Shown here: piece after piece, positions 51,201-63,639 of the stretch
Position numbering within the stretch: position 1 is the stretch's first letter
Layout of the letters: each line of letters opens with the position of its first letter
Source: Paragordius varius
Taxonomy: Eukaryota; Animalia; Nematomorpha
Direction: 5' to 3'
Assembly: GCA_964247055.1 (NCBI GenBank)
Contig: OZ176052.1
Location: 2,108,001 to 2,172,000 of the forward strand
DNA length: 64,000 nt
Program-made: the position numbers and the translations under genes
The notes under the pieces: model-generated
The model's input: the letters and a program-made list of their open reading frames with translations, nothing else
Databases searched by the model: none
Told to the model about the DNA's origin: nothing

Positions 51201-53998
51201 TAACATAATCAATGGTGTATTTTACGATTGTAATACAATGTTTTATATGGGATAAATTAAGGTTTAAAAAAGTAGGGTTGCCTTTTGAAAAATATTTTGT
51301 CTTTATATTTTGTCCGTATAATTTTAATGTTTACTGTAAAATATAGTTGGCCAATGTACATTTTTATTTACTACTGAGTCCCATGTAATACACTCATTTT
51401 ATACCATGAGTTATAGAGAACAAATCAATTAGTCCTATGTTAAAGCAATCTATGCATTCTTGTGGCGAAACGATAAATGATAGTTTGGAGAGAGTTAAAT
51501 ATTTTGGAGTTTCTCTCAACACACTGATAACCGTATTAATTGTCACATTTACTCTAATGATATCAATAGTGTTACCTAATAGTAAATATATATTGTATAT
51601 ACATATATATATATATATATATAGCATTTATAGTTCAAATTCACCTTTAAACATTATAAATTCACCTTTGAACAATTCAATTTACCCTTGAATAATTCAA
51701 ATTCACCTTCGAACAATTTAAATTTACCCTAAAATAATTTATGTTTTATTTATAATTAAATATTACTATATTTTTTTATATTTGTAAAAAAGAAATTTTG
51801 TATGTAATCTAAATAATACTTAAAAAAATAAACTTTTCCATAAAAATATATATAATTATAATGATGAGTTATATAAGACCGAAATTTCATAATTTATTTT
51901 TAGGGTGAATTTAATTTTTCGTTGGTGAATTTTGAATTATTCGAGGGTGAATTTAAATTGTTCAAGGGTGAATTTGAATTATAAATGGTATATATATCCG
52001 AACTTTTCATTAAGGCACACTTTTTGAAAATTAATTAAAAATATTAGGTTTGGCTTTTTATTTAATAACGGTAAATTGGTTTATAATATAGAAAGATGCA
52101 AATTAAGTCGCTTATACGATATATAATGTATATTGTTGTAATTATTTTACCAATGAAAATAAAATTTACTTTAAAATACTTTATTGAACATGTATAATTT
52201 ATTTTTACATACTCAATCAAGTTAACATTAACAAAGAATTAAATTTTGCTTTTAATGTAAATAAAAAGGAAAATTAAAGGCTTAAAGACTGAAAATGAAA
52301 TCGTTTATTGAACCTTTTTGCGAAATGTATCTCAAAATTCTAATTAAGGAACTTGTTAATTTTTTTTACAAAATAATTATAATTACATTTTCATATATTT
52401 TTGCGTTGTTTTAAAGTTGAAGATATGCTCAATATAATCGGAACATTGATGGGAACACTAATAAGTTGTATCATACCTGCTCTAATGTATCTTACCCTCC
52501 TTTCCAAAAGCCGTAATTATTCTCACTCTTTGATTAATATCAAAAATAATAACACCAATCATGTTGATTTGTTCAGTTTTGATAAAAATATCAATGGTTC
52601 AATACATTCCTTATCACCGATTTCTAATGCAACTACCCTCCCGATCACTGAAAGTTATGGGGATAAACGGAGAGCTCAGGTTTTTAATTTGATTCAAATT
52701 TAGTGTCGTTTATGTTGAAAAAGGTCACTTTTAATGAAAAAGGTTTATTAGAAAATTTTTTATACAAATTTATTTTTGTATAATTTTCATGTGCAGTCTT
52801 GTCTTTTCATACAATGCGGTTTGAATTTCCCATGTAAAATTTGAGATAATATTTCAGATTGTAAATAGCTTAGCAATGATAGATTAGTTAATATGATGTT
52901 GTATACATTGAAAGCTTAATTATTCGGTCAGTTATTTTTTTAGGTAAAAATTCATTCGATTATTTCCTCAGGCAAATTAATGCATTTTTGTGAAACATTT
53001 TTTAATTTTTGTGTCATGGCATCCTTACGAAAAAGCAATTCATCACTAATGTTGAAACTTTTCATACAGTTTTTGCAAAAAATCTAACTTCAACTTTTTT
53101 ATTTTGGATTATTAAGCAAATCAACATTTCTATTTATTAGCAGTTGGGCATTGATTTGAATGTAATTTAGGATATTGCTGCTTGAAACTTTTTTTAAGTC
53201 GAATAAGTAAATTTTCCATTATGTTACTTAGTTGTTATCCCTCATAAAATATATTTTGTTTCATTATTTTTTAGCATTAAATACTTTCAATCGATCGATA
53301 TATATATGTTTATCTTACCTTTTCTTACTTTTATTCATTAGCGACCAAATATGGACAAATTAACACAAAAATATTCCTCTTTAGATTTTTATGGTTTTTC
53401 CATCTTGGTAAATATAATTTTTTACATCTGTCCGATCAATGTTTTAGATTCTCCTATTATCTGGCATTGTAATAGTATTATTTGGTATGTCTAATTACAT
53501 TCCGATTTGGAAAGAAAATGAAGCCTTGTTGCCTGCCATACCTTCCCATGTATCAGGACTTGAAAATAGTGCGATTGTATTGACTCCAAAAGTTTCAAGT
53601 TTATTCTTTTTCCCCCATATTTATAGCAATGAATGAATATGTAAAATTTTAATAATTTATTCAATTATTTAACGTAATTAGATGGGCATCTAAAATTATC
53701 TTATGCCACGGCAGTCAATGCATCCATAGATCGTTTACCTCAACAGTTTGTGCCAGAAAATTTGGTTCTTCCTGTCTTAGAAAAATCCCCTAACAATCTT
53801 GTTAATAATACAGCTTTGAATTTACAAAATAATTTACTACCTGATATCAATACTAATGTCGAAAAATCCAATGACGGTGATCATTTCAATATAGATAAAA
53901 ATACGGATGTTAAAAAGCCCTTCCTTGCGCCAACTCAAAATATACCCAAAATTGAATTATTAACCGTTAATAATAACAAAACAGCCATTAACTCTTGA
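45279..53998 (+). CDS. SLC38A10: SLC38/AAAP-family amino-acid transporter, SLC38A10-like, 13 exons
   Basis: Exons: 45279-45368 (LGNSIIGVSILALPFAFQK), 45394-45511 (CGILL..), 45543-45588, 45622-45715 (CSAYLIVIGDL), 45741-45881 (VILPLS), 46649-46776 (LPIIALSLTCQT), 47360-47462, 49343-49741 (VGLLGYIAF..SFPLSLLPCKQ), 50158-50287, 51417-51581 (..LPN), 52417-52679 (IEDMLNIIGTLMGTLISCIIPALMY), 53448-53598, 53682-53998. Phases are consistent and the motifs match SLC38A10 as recalled. Confidence 0.88.
46207..46404. mobile_element. MITE family F (CAGTCATGTA termini, TA TSD)
   Basis: TA|cagtcatgtatatgtagaattgacagacg...ctgacaattctaaacatacatgactg|TA. Confidence 0.75.
47017..47312. mobile_element. Foldback-like MITE family D copy
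   Basis: Arms are built from ~21-bp units ttcaaattcacccttgaacaa and their reverse complements; tacc...ggta termini. Confidence 0.75.
47800..47985. mobile_element. Family D copy with a shortened left arm
   Basis: aattcacccttgaacaattc...gtgaatttgaattgttcgagggtgatattgaattgtaaatggta. Confidence 0.7.
50375..50859. mobile_element. hAT-type MITE with a degenerate left end
   Basis: gtgttgaacacgtggcccgcg...gcggcccgtgg...tttggacacccctg. Confidence 0.6.
51065..51336. mobile_element. MITE family B copy
   Basis: catacggacaaaatgtaaaaatataaagacaaata...ttgtccgtataattttaatgtttactg|TA. Confidence 0.75.
51622..51990. mobile_element. Family D copy with about 5 tandem ~21-bp units in the left arm
   Basis: ttcaaattcacctttaaacat/tataaattcacctttgaacaa/...; the right arm is gggtgaatttgaattataaatggta and carries reverse-complement units. 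Confidence 0.85.
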
Positions 53999-54242
53999 GT
54001 ATAAAATATCTTAAATTGTGTAATTTATTAGCAAATGTTGTAAATGCAGTTAAAAATGTAATGTAATATATATTTTAATTAGTGAATTGGTAATTTTATA
54101 GGTGACTGAGTTATTTATAATATTTATCATTATATATCAATGTACCTTAATCCCATGACAATTATTCTTCGATATATTTGTATAAATATTTGAAATCTTA
54201 TTATTTATATATGGAATGGATAGGTGCACTTATACGCAAATA

Positions 54243-54462
54243 CAGTCATGTATCCTTTATTTTATCAAAATTTTTTTTTAGTTAAATGGGTAAAATATTT
54301 GGTAAAGAATAGAAAAAACAAGAGCTCTATGGTAATTCTTATACTTTTTAATGAATATGTTATTGTTAATACCATAGAGCTCTTGTTTTTCCATTCTTTA
54401 CCAAATTATACCCATTTAACGAAAAAAGATAAATTTTTGATTAAATAAAGGATACATGAATC
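54243..54462. mobile_element. MITE family F copy, almost fully palindromic
   Basis: cagtcatgtatcctttattt...ggtaaagaatagaaaaaacaagagctctatggta / taccatagagctcttgttttttccattctttacc...aaataaaggatacatg. Confidence 0.75.
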
Positions 54463-54559
54463 TATTAAAGACCACTAAAAGCAGTATTTTAAGCTAATAT
54501 TAATTGTACGTAAAGAAAATTGTATAACTCTTGCATATATATTTATAGCCATATTCATT

Positions 54560-55550
54560 CATATATTGCCGTCTGACGCCGACCGGTAATTCTTTGGTTA
54601 AAGGCATATATAAGGCAGGAGAATGTGCACATGTTTGGTCATTGCATTTCTATAGAATAAACTCACAACTATTGGATATTAGCAAGCTATCTCTGTTTTT
54701 AAGCCTTTGACAAACACCAAATATTTTCGACCATCCCATCCCCTTTAATTTGTTTCACCATAAACCTCTTGTATGCCCACAATGATGTCCTTAAAGTCCC
54801 CAACATATGCCGTAGTAACATATTATACGTTATCCTTTCTTCATTTTTTGGAAAATAACTGGCCTACCTAACATTATAAAAGGTTGGATAACATTCATAA
54901 GTATATTATCACGAAGAGTTAGCTCTTAATATGCATATTGCTGATGAATTATAAGTAATTGGCGGTTCACATATCAAACACTATTTATTTGATACCAACA
55001 ACAATTTTTTTTCAACTTTTCATCTTAGAAAAATATTTTGTCACTAACCTTATTATTTTTCGATGATCTTATTACAATACCTGACTTGTTTCTAAATAAA
55101 ATTCGCCCACTGATGAAATAATATTTCCAAGGAAATTTGTGTTTGATAGCGAGTTTCAGTGTTTGCAAAGAGCTTTCGGGCTAAATTTTCGGACTTATTT
55201 ATTGATTTTAGGCAGTATTTTTTTTAAATTTTGTTGGTACTTTAAGTAGTTAGTGTAGTGGCCAGCTCCATACCAAACTATCCAACGTTTTCAATACAAA
55301 ACAGTGTGGTGTATAACATTGTGTGATTGATTAATCCTTGGCATTATAAAACTTGTCTTAATATATTTGTACGTGTTTTATTACATGTAATTATATTACC
55401 AATGAAAGTGCCAAACTTAATTCATGACATAAGTCAGTTTAAAAATGATTGCTTTGAACAAATTATCATTACTTTAAACATGTTAAAGCACTTTGTAACA
55501 GAGAGATCGTCTTGCAAATTTGTATGATCATACAGTGAACACAAAAAATA
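54560..55550. other. Coding-like, stop-riddled segment, probably a decayed transposase or other gene
   Basis: Higher GC than the flanks, with short protein-like frames on the minus strand (e.g. KRWIVWYGAGHYTNYLKY). Family not recognised. Confidence 0.2.
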
Positions 55551-57234
55551 CCATGATAATAGGTAATTTTATGCTAGAAAATTTATCAGCATTCTCATGG
55601 GCTTTTGGTTTTGAACCTAATGAGATCTAAGGAAAATAATAACACTTGTAAGTGCAATAAAGCACAATTAATTTTAAGTCTATTAAAGATATTATTTTCA
55701 TATTTTTATAAAATTTTACTTTAGATGTGGGCTTCAAATCTTAAATTTTTTAACAAGTATATATTAAAAATATTTTTTCTCATTTAGATTATATATGTAT
55801 TTTTATCCTGTACACAGACGCTAAATACCTCATTTGCCAACTTCAAAATGCATATTTTTAGAATTTTATATTTTGGCAAAAATTATATATAATATGATAT
55901 TATAAACGTTATATTTATTGGAAAACTTTTAATTTTTCGAATAGAGCACAAAATTAAGGAGTAACTAACCAAAAAACTAAAAACAAACCGCTGTCATTTC
56001 ACATATTAAAACCCCAAACCATTTTTCCGTGGAACAAAACTTTAATCCAGCGTTTAATGAAGCTAGAATTTCATAAAATTATCTATTGATTGGCAAAGTC
56101 TCGGTCATTTTGATCCAATAAAATTTTATAACAAAAATTTTTTAAAATCGGTTTTGTATAGTTACTTATCGACGTGATGACTAATTTTTTTCGGATGAAA
56201 GTAGAAATAGTTCAATTTTTTATGCTGTCACACTGGCATTAAATATAAATTAAAAGATTTTCGATCAAATTATAAATGGTTAAATTACACATGTTAAATA
56301 AATATATTTATAATATCATTTATTTAAACTTAAAGGAAACACGAAATAATTACATAAAATAGAATGTTAAAGACAAACATTTATCAACATATTTCACGGA
56401 TGTGGAGTTTTATTGTCAAAATTATAATTATGTTTTTCATTATCATTGTAAAATAACTAACATATATTAATGCAAAATATGATGATTTTTGCGCATGTAT
56501 ATAGCAGTTCACATCGAAAGGTCCGAATATAACCTTATACTGCGTTATCGTAATTTGTGCAGATTTATGCAAACAACTTCGGTTTTCAAAGCCTTTTCTG
56601 TTGAACCACCGACTATTTTTGAAAGTGCCCAATCAATTTGAAATTAGTAAATTAATTCATATATTTTATTACAAAAAAACGTAAAAACAAACCAAAAAAA
56701 TTAAATAATATAAAAACTTACTATTAGATAAAAGACAATATAATCCCTTATTTAACCATAGATAATTGCTAAACTATCTATCTATCAGATAAATCCTATG
56801 AAAAAAAATTGAAAAAAATCTACTGAATATATGCAAAGAAAAATTATACACAAAGATGGGTTTTAAAACTCAATCTTAGTAATAATATAGTTTGCCAATC
56901 AAATTAATATCTTCTTCTGTTTCCTACTGGTGATACCATACGCCTTTTAGGCAAAGGAGATCTACCCTAAAGCAAATAAAAAAAGTAAAATATATTAAAC
57001 GAATTAGTTAAAAATGATTAAAAAATATGAATTAGATTGCCCTTATCGCCTTCATAAACAAATTTTTAAAATAAATAGCGTTTTATAAAATCAATGCTAT
57101 TCATTATTAACTTTTTTGGATTATATAAATTCGTTTAATGTTAGGTATTTTCAAAGGGTAATTCTAAGAATTGGAATTTTATTTTATACAAATCTCAATT
57201 TAATCAAAAAAGGGTTCAAGATGGGGATATTTAA

Positions 57235-57842
57235 CTATTTATAAACGTTTCCTTTACGGTCATCCTAAAGAGATATTTTAAAAATAAAATACCCTATAAA
57301 CAGGGGATAAGCGCGTTTTATCCGAAGATTGAATCGGTTTACGATATGGCTCAAAAGTGTTTTTGCTCAATTCTTGGCCTCCATTTATCGCAGATTTGTG
57401 GTGAGAGGTGTGTTCATTCCCCTGGGCAGCATGATGTCTATCTACCAATGTTGCGTATCTGTTTTTTTTAATTTAAAAATATAATTAGTTAATTAAATTA
57501 ATTTTTGTTGCTTAGAAATATTTCAACGATTTGCTGCCTTTTGGAAATATGGACAACAAAATTTTATTTAAAATAACAAAAATTACTAGTAGTAATCGAA
57601 AATTTATGCTTTAAATAAATTCAATTATTGCTTACATAATTCCAATTACAATATAATTTATATTATTTCAATTACAATTAGTTCCAATAGTATAAAATTC
57701 ATACATTTAAATGCGCAACTCTATATGCATTAAACGATAATTTCAAAACAACATTTTTAAAGTATTGGAATTAATTTCTTTTCAATAGTAATATAAATAT
57801 TAAATTTACGTATATCACATTAGAAGAAAAGAATCTTTTGTC

Positions 57843-57879
<37 letters not shown>

Positions 57880-60231
57880 AGAAATTAACCCTTTTCGGCA
57901 AAATATTTCTTATACCTTATTAAAATTTTTGTAATAACATATCTAAAGAATATTTTTAAACCTATCTTTCCTTAAATTTATGTTGCTATTATCAAATTTT
58001 TGGTCCAAACTGTGTGGTTGTGGTTTTCTGTTGTTTTGACTCATCACCAAATTTTGAGCCTCAGTTGGTTTTTGTTGACGGGAATATCTATTATCATTCG
58101 TATTAATGTGTTCTGTGGTATGAATACCTTTATTTTCCTTTCCAATCTCTCTGCTATTGTCATACTTTCTATCCTTACTTCCTAAATTATTATTTATAAT
58201 TTTAGAGAAACGTATATTGTTAAAAAACAGTAATCAATTTGGCAAAATGCTTATCTTTCAAAACAATGGACTTAAATTAAAACAAACGCTATGAAAACAG
58301 TTTAATGTCATAAAAAGGTATATCATTTTAATATACTTTTTTTTCACACTGGATCAAAAAAGCATAATATAACGGTTCCATCACTTAATTTTCCATGTAA
58401 AAATGTATTAAAACACCCACCAAGAATACATATAATGAATTCAAAAAAGGTAACCCTGTAATTCATTATAGATTTTTCGTTTCTCTCCAACTCCTGCTGA
58501 GTGATGTTGATCGGAATGTGTTGTTGTGTTGTTAGAATGCTGTTTCTTAGGATCCATGCTTTTTTCTTGATTTTGGTTTTGATTTTTATGAAGTCTATGC
58601 ATTTCTTCACGTTCACGAGCAAGTTGTCTCAACACTGATATATAATCTTGATAACGAGCTTGGTAACGTTCCGCATCTCGTACGCTTATGAAAAGGCGTG
58701 ATGGATGGTTTTTTTCAAGGTCAGCCATTTTTTCGTTGGCCTATATACATTTAAATTTTTTGTGTCATATTAATAAGTCAATTTTAGCTTAAAAATCTAT
58801 CATAAGTAAATATAATAAAAATTTGGCGTTATCTTTGAATATATTTGTAACTAAAGAATTCATAATTTTCAAAATCTTTTTATTGACAATAAATATTCAA
58901 TTTATTATCATAGATTGTTTATATTTTGTGTTATCAACTAAATAGTGTTAAATAAAAAAAATCTCTTAAAAACATACCATACATTTTAAAAAATGTGGTG
59001 TTATTTCCATCTTTAAACAAAATATCAAAAATAGAATGTTAAAAATAATTTTTTTACCTGTTTTTCGCTAAGTGGAAGCCAATAGATAGAGGGTAAACTG
59101 GAAACTGTTTTTTGAAAAAGAGTGTCCATAACTTGACTGGGTTTGTTAGTGGTTTTATCAGCCAGCTCATCTTTGTTAACGTCATTTGTAGTTTCTTGAC
59201 TCTCTTTACCAACTCCTATGCGTGTGTGGGCATTAAATCATTTATTTTAAATAACTGAATATTGATAAATTAAATATAAACATATTGTCCAATAGAAAGA
59301 AAAATTATTAAAAAAGTAGTAGATTTATATTTTAAATAAAATTACCTGACATAAAACAAAATATCGTTATTTTAATTACAGTATGACTAGGTAGGTATAC
59401 AGTGCTAGAAAGTTATTAATTATTGCCAAATAGGACATACAACAAAGGACAGTATTTTTCGCTTATGGTTATTTTTTCACTTTTTACTATTATTAGACAA
59501 TAATAATTTTCTTTGCTACATATGCTATTTGGCAATGATTAATAACTTACTAGCAATGTATACTTACTCATACTATAATAAACATCTAAACATTTAAAAA
59601 CTAAAATATCAATATGATAAAAAATGTGACTCTCAAAAAAGATATTTTGCACGTTAAACTCAAAGTTAATTAAAAATGCTAAACACAAAAATATCCCTAA
59701 TAATGGAAATTTTCAATCTGAAAAGAAAACAGACACAAAAAAATATATATCGAAATATCTATAAACTAAAAGGCTATAAATTTAACAAAGACAATTTTAA
59801 AATCCATAACAAAAATGTAATATTTTTTAATTTTCAACTTCCAATATAAACAAACGAGTCATCGAAAATAATGAAGTATACCCTTTATCCTTTGTCTAGC
59901 ATCTTGTTCCATTTGTACCTAAAAACAATTGTTATTAAAAAATCAATGAATTTTTTCAAATGTAAAAAAAAATTTGATTGTTAATAAAAATATATATATA
60001 TATATGAATTATTTTTCATTTCATTACCAAACGTTCCCGTTCTTCTCTCCGCATTTTAAGCCATTCTTGTTCCGTCATTCCTGTACCTTTATGTCAAATA
60101 TTTTAAATGTTTTATAAACTCGTAAATAAAATTTAAAAATGATTTGAATAAAAGTGATATACGCCCAACCCCAAAGACCCTAAAAATGGATTCGTGTCAT
60201 ATTCCCTTTTATAGAAAAGAATGAAATTAAT

Positions 60232-60268
<37 letters not shown>

Positions 60269-63200
60269 CAATTTTTTAAATGTATAAGGTTGTTCAAATA
60301 ATGTGATATTATATTATACTGGATAATTATATTTAAAGGATTTAATAAAAATGTAAATATTATTATTAACTCATTATGATGTGTCTGTAAAACACCAACA
60401 CATTCATAAAATGATTATAACCTAAAAATATGACCTCATTAATAAAAATAGAAAAATTTATTGTAATGTCTGGTCTATTCTTAGTAAAATTAAAAAAATC
60501 TGTAAAAATTAATTAAAACTAACGCACATTTTGAGTATAAAATGTTATTATTATTAAAAAATTTATGCCAACCTGTAAAATTATCAGAGGGCGCTAAATT
60601 GCCCTCTTTTGTGATGACGACTCTCCTGTGCGTTGCAGCGTTCGCCGTTCCTGGTGGTAATAATGGTTCCAAATTTTTCAACAAATGATATTCCGAAATA
60701 TCCATACTTGTAAATATAAAATATATAAAATTTAAAATATCTTTATTTTCTTTTTTAATTAAAAAGATTGTACAGTAAAAATATAATATTTATAGAAAAA
60801 AATTAAAAGTTAAAAACTCTAGAGAATTGTTGTAAAATAAAAATCATATTTTTTGATTTTTTATGGTATTTATCGTGTTGAATTATAAATTAATTAATAT
60901 AAGTGTAAATTGTTATCAAAATTTCATATTTAACTTAACAATAATAATATAGGTTAAGATTATAAAAAATAGGTTTTTATATGCCAACTTGAAATATTTT
61001 ATAATTTTTATGTTTTTTTTGCCTTTATTTAATTACCGTTATAAAACAATTTATGGCCTACTGAGATTTTAGAGAAGTGGTAGAACGAAAAATTTGTTAT
61101 AGATGTATTCGTAAATAAATTTTATATATAACTATTGATGAGTTTTCCTAAAAAATTAGGCTTTCTTTGCGCCAAACATATTATTATTTGTATTAAACTT
61201 TAAAGTTTTTTTACCTTTATTTACCTTGAAATTTTAACCAAATATAATAATTTAAACTTACCCACAAATTTAAGAAGTTGTAAAAACGAGAAATTTTATA
61301 AACAAAAACGTGTATGTAAATTGGTAACAAAATTTTATATTTAAACATCACAATTGACAAGTTAAGACAAAAAACACTAAATTACAAGATTTTCTTTACC
61401 CAATCCTTTTTATTTTCCATGTTTTTGCCTTTAGGTTTAACTAAAATTTTTATCGTACCATAATGTAATTGAATAAAACAATTTAAACACACAACATACC
61501 CAGATTTCAAAGAAGTAGAACGAGATAATTCCCCGCTTTCAAGTTCTGTTGTATGAGGGCGGGAATGAATATCGCTGGCATTAGAGCTCCTTTCAAGGAT
61601 GGCCGTAGAATTTTTAAAGTAATCCAACTATCCAATATGTGTTATTAATAATATATATAATACAAATTTGATATTATCTATATAATTTAAAATTCAATTT
61701 CACCCTTAAAGAATTCAAATTTACCCTCGAACAATTCGAATTCACCCTCGAACAATCCAAATTTACCCTTAAACATTATATATGTTTTTTAAGACTAAAA
61801 TATCTATATTTTTTATAAATAAAATTTTGTTTTAAATTGAAAAAATTCCAAAAAAAATAACAAACTATGCCATAAAGATATATATTTTATATTATGAGTT
61901 ATTTCCCGAAAACACAGAATTTATTTTTATAGCGAATTTGATTTGTTCAAGGGTAAATTTGAATTGTTTAAGGGTGAAAATTGTTCAAGAGTAAATATTG
62001 TAAATGGCATAGATATGTATATTGTGAAAACTCGTTGTTTGGATATATATATATATATGTCAATTTCAACGATCATTGTATTTTACAGAAAAATAATTTT
62101 GGAAAATTTAGACGTAGTATAGAGTAAAGATGAAACATATTTAAAGTTTTATTAGATATACGTAATAAAAAATAAATAAATATACAGTGCCCCATAAAGA
62201 TTCAATAATAAAAAAACACTTTTTATATATAGATCCGTAGAAGATAAAAATTTTTTTTATAAAATTAATTAAAAAATTATCTTAAAAAAGTCAGGATACA
62301 TTTTAATTATTTTAATACCATTATTCTACATTTTTTATAACTATAAAAATTATATATACAATTCACAATTAAGATTTTGAAATTGCTTATTTATCAATAA
62401 AACTATATTGTAGTTTTGCGATATTTTTTTTTAAAAATTTATAAACCTCTTGTTGATCCGTATATTCAATTCGTAGGAGTTTGGGGTTAGAGGAAGGCCA
62501 TTTTTGGTTATTCAAAGCATCATACGCTTTTATGGCAGATTCCATTTCAAGAAACTATTGAGTAATAAATAATTATAGAATCTCAATTATATTTATAAAG
62601 TATATCAATGTAATAAAAAACAAATTTTATAGTTTGAGATTTTGATTTTAAACAAAAACAATGTAATAATTAATTATTCCATATATTTAATTTAAACGAT
62701 CTAACCTGATCTATAACAGTGAATGATCGTATCAGAAACTTTTAATTAAATGTTTATTATCATTTTGTTTGATATAACCAAATTATTTTTTTGGTTTTTG
62801 TAGCAAAAATTAGGATTCACTAAATTATTACAATGTAGATCAGGGGTGTCCAACATAAATGCCCTCGCGTGCTGCACTCATAATATATTATACCATTTAC
62901 AGTTCAAATTAACGCTAAAAATACAATTCTAAACTAATTATATATCTTTATGGCATAGTTTATTATTTTTTAAGTATAATTTTTATTTTAAACAAAACTT
63001 TATTCTTTAGAAACTTATTAAAATATAGGTAATTTTATTTTTCCAGAACACATAATTTGAAGGTGAATTCGAATCGCTTAAAGGTGAACTTGAATTGTTC
63101 AAGGATGAATTTGAATTGTAAATGCTATGTATGGGCGTTTATGAATAATTTATTAGATTTCAAACATGAGAATACTGAAACATCTAAACGCAATATAATA

Positions 63201-63639
63201 ATTTTTTGTAATTCTTGCCAAATTAATAAAATTGTTTACAAAATATCAATTTGGCAACATTTTGTGACATATTTTTACAAATTATAAATTCCCAAATTTT
63301 TTGGGGGTAGGGGAGCGCGTGTTGAACAACCCCTGATGTAGATTGCTTTAAAATTATTGACAATATCAGTCAAAATAAAACCATTATACTGGTTAATTAA
63401 GTTTTCCAATAGCTAGTTAAATATAAAATATATATTTGAATTTTCAGTTTTAAACCGATAATAATCGTGAATTATTGTATAGATATTTCTCTAACTTTAT
63501 TAGGCCAAAAAAACAAAATTTTTACCTTAACTATACAATGAGATTTTATTTTATCAATCCAAAATCCATCGACCGTATCCTCGAAAGGGCCATACTTTTC
63601 GAATTCCTCTTTCAATTGACGCAGTGTAAATGGTCTTAC
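57235..63639 (-). CDS. ACIN1: Acinus (apoptotic chromatin condensation inducer / ASAP splicing-complex subunit), 3' part; 5' end outside the window
   Basis: Exons: 63526-63639 ([30 protein letters not shown]), 62447-62554 (..[19 protein letters not shown]), 61500-61627, 60573-60706, 60028-60086, 59882-59918, 59058-59215 (RSB motif [24 protein letters not shown]), 58455-58740, 57962-58181, 57293-57458, 57235-57264. Phases are consistent. Confidence 0.9.
59400..59558. mobile_element. MITE family C, intact copy
   Basis: TA|cagtgctagaaagttattaattattgccaaatag...ctatttggcaatgattaataacttactagcaatg|TA. Confidence 0.75.
61680..62011. mobile_element. Family D copy
   Basis: Tandem ttcaaatttaccctcgaacaa units on the left, reverse-complement units on the right. 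Confidence 0.75.
62841..63335. mobile_element. hAT (Charlie-like) MITE with a perfect 8-bp TSD and a nested family D element
   Basis: ATGTAGAT|caggggtgtccaac...gttgaacaacccctg|ATGTAGAT. Confidence 0.88.
62891..63127. mobile_element. Family D copy nested in the hAT MITE
   Basis: taccatttacagttcaaatt...gaatttgaattgtaaatgcta. Confidence 0.7.

Noticed and set aside
51394-51691. Antisense 77-aa ORF and the 3' extension of the 84-aa ORF
   Set aside because: One is the shadow of SLC38A10 exon 10; the other reads through the donor at 51582 into a TA microsatellite and MITE.
51630-51990. ~21-bp tandem repeats as a CRISPR array
   Set aside because: There are no unique spacers, the units are mirrored as inverted arms, and the context is eukaryotic and intronic. 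Explained as a foldback MITE.
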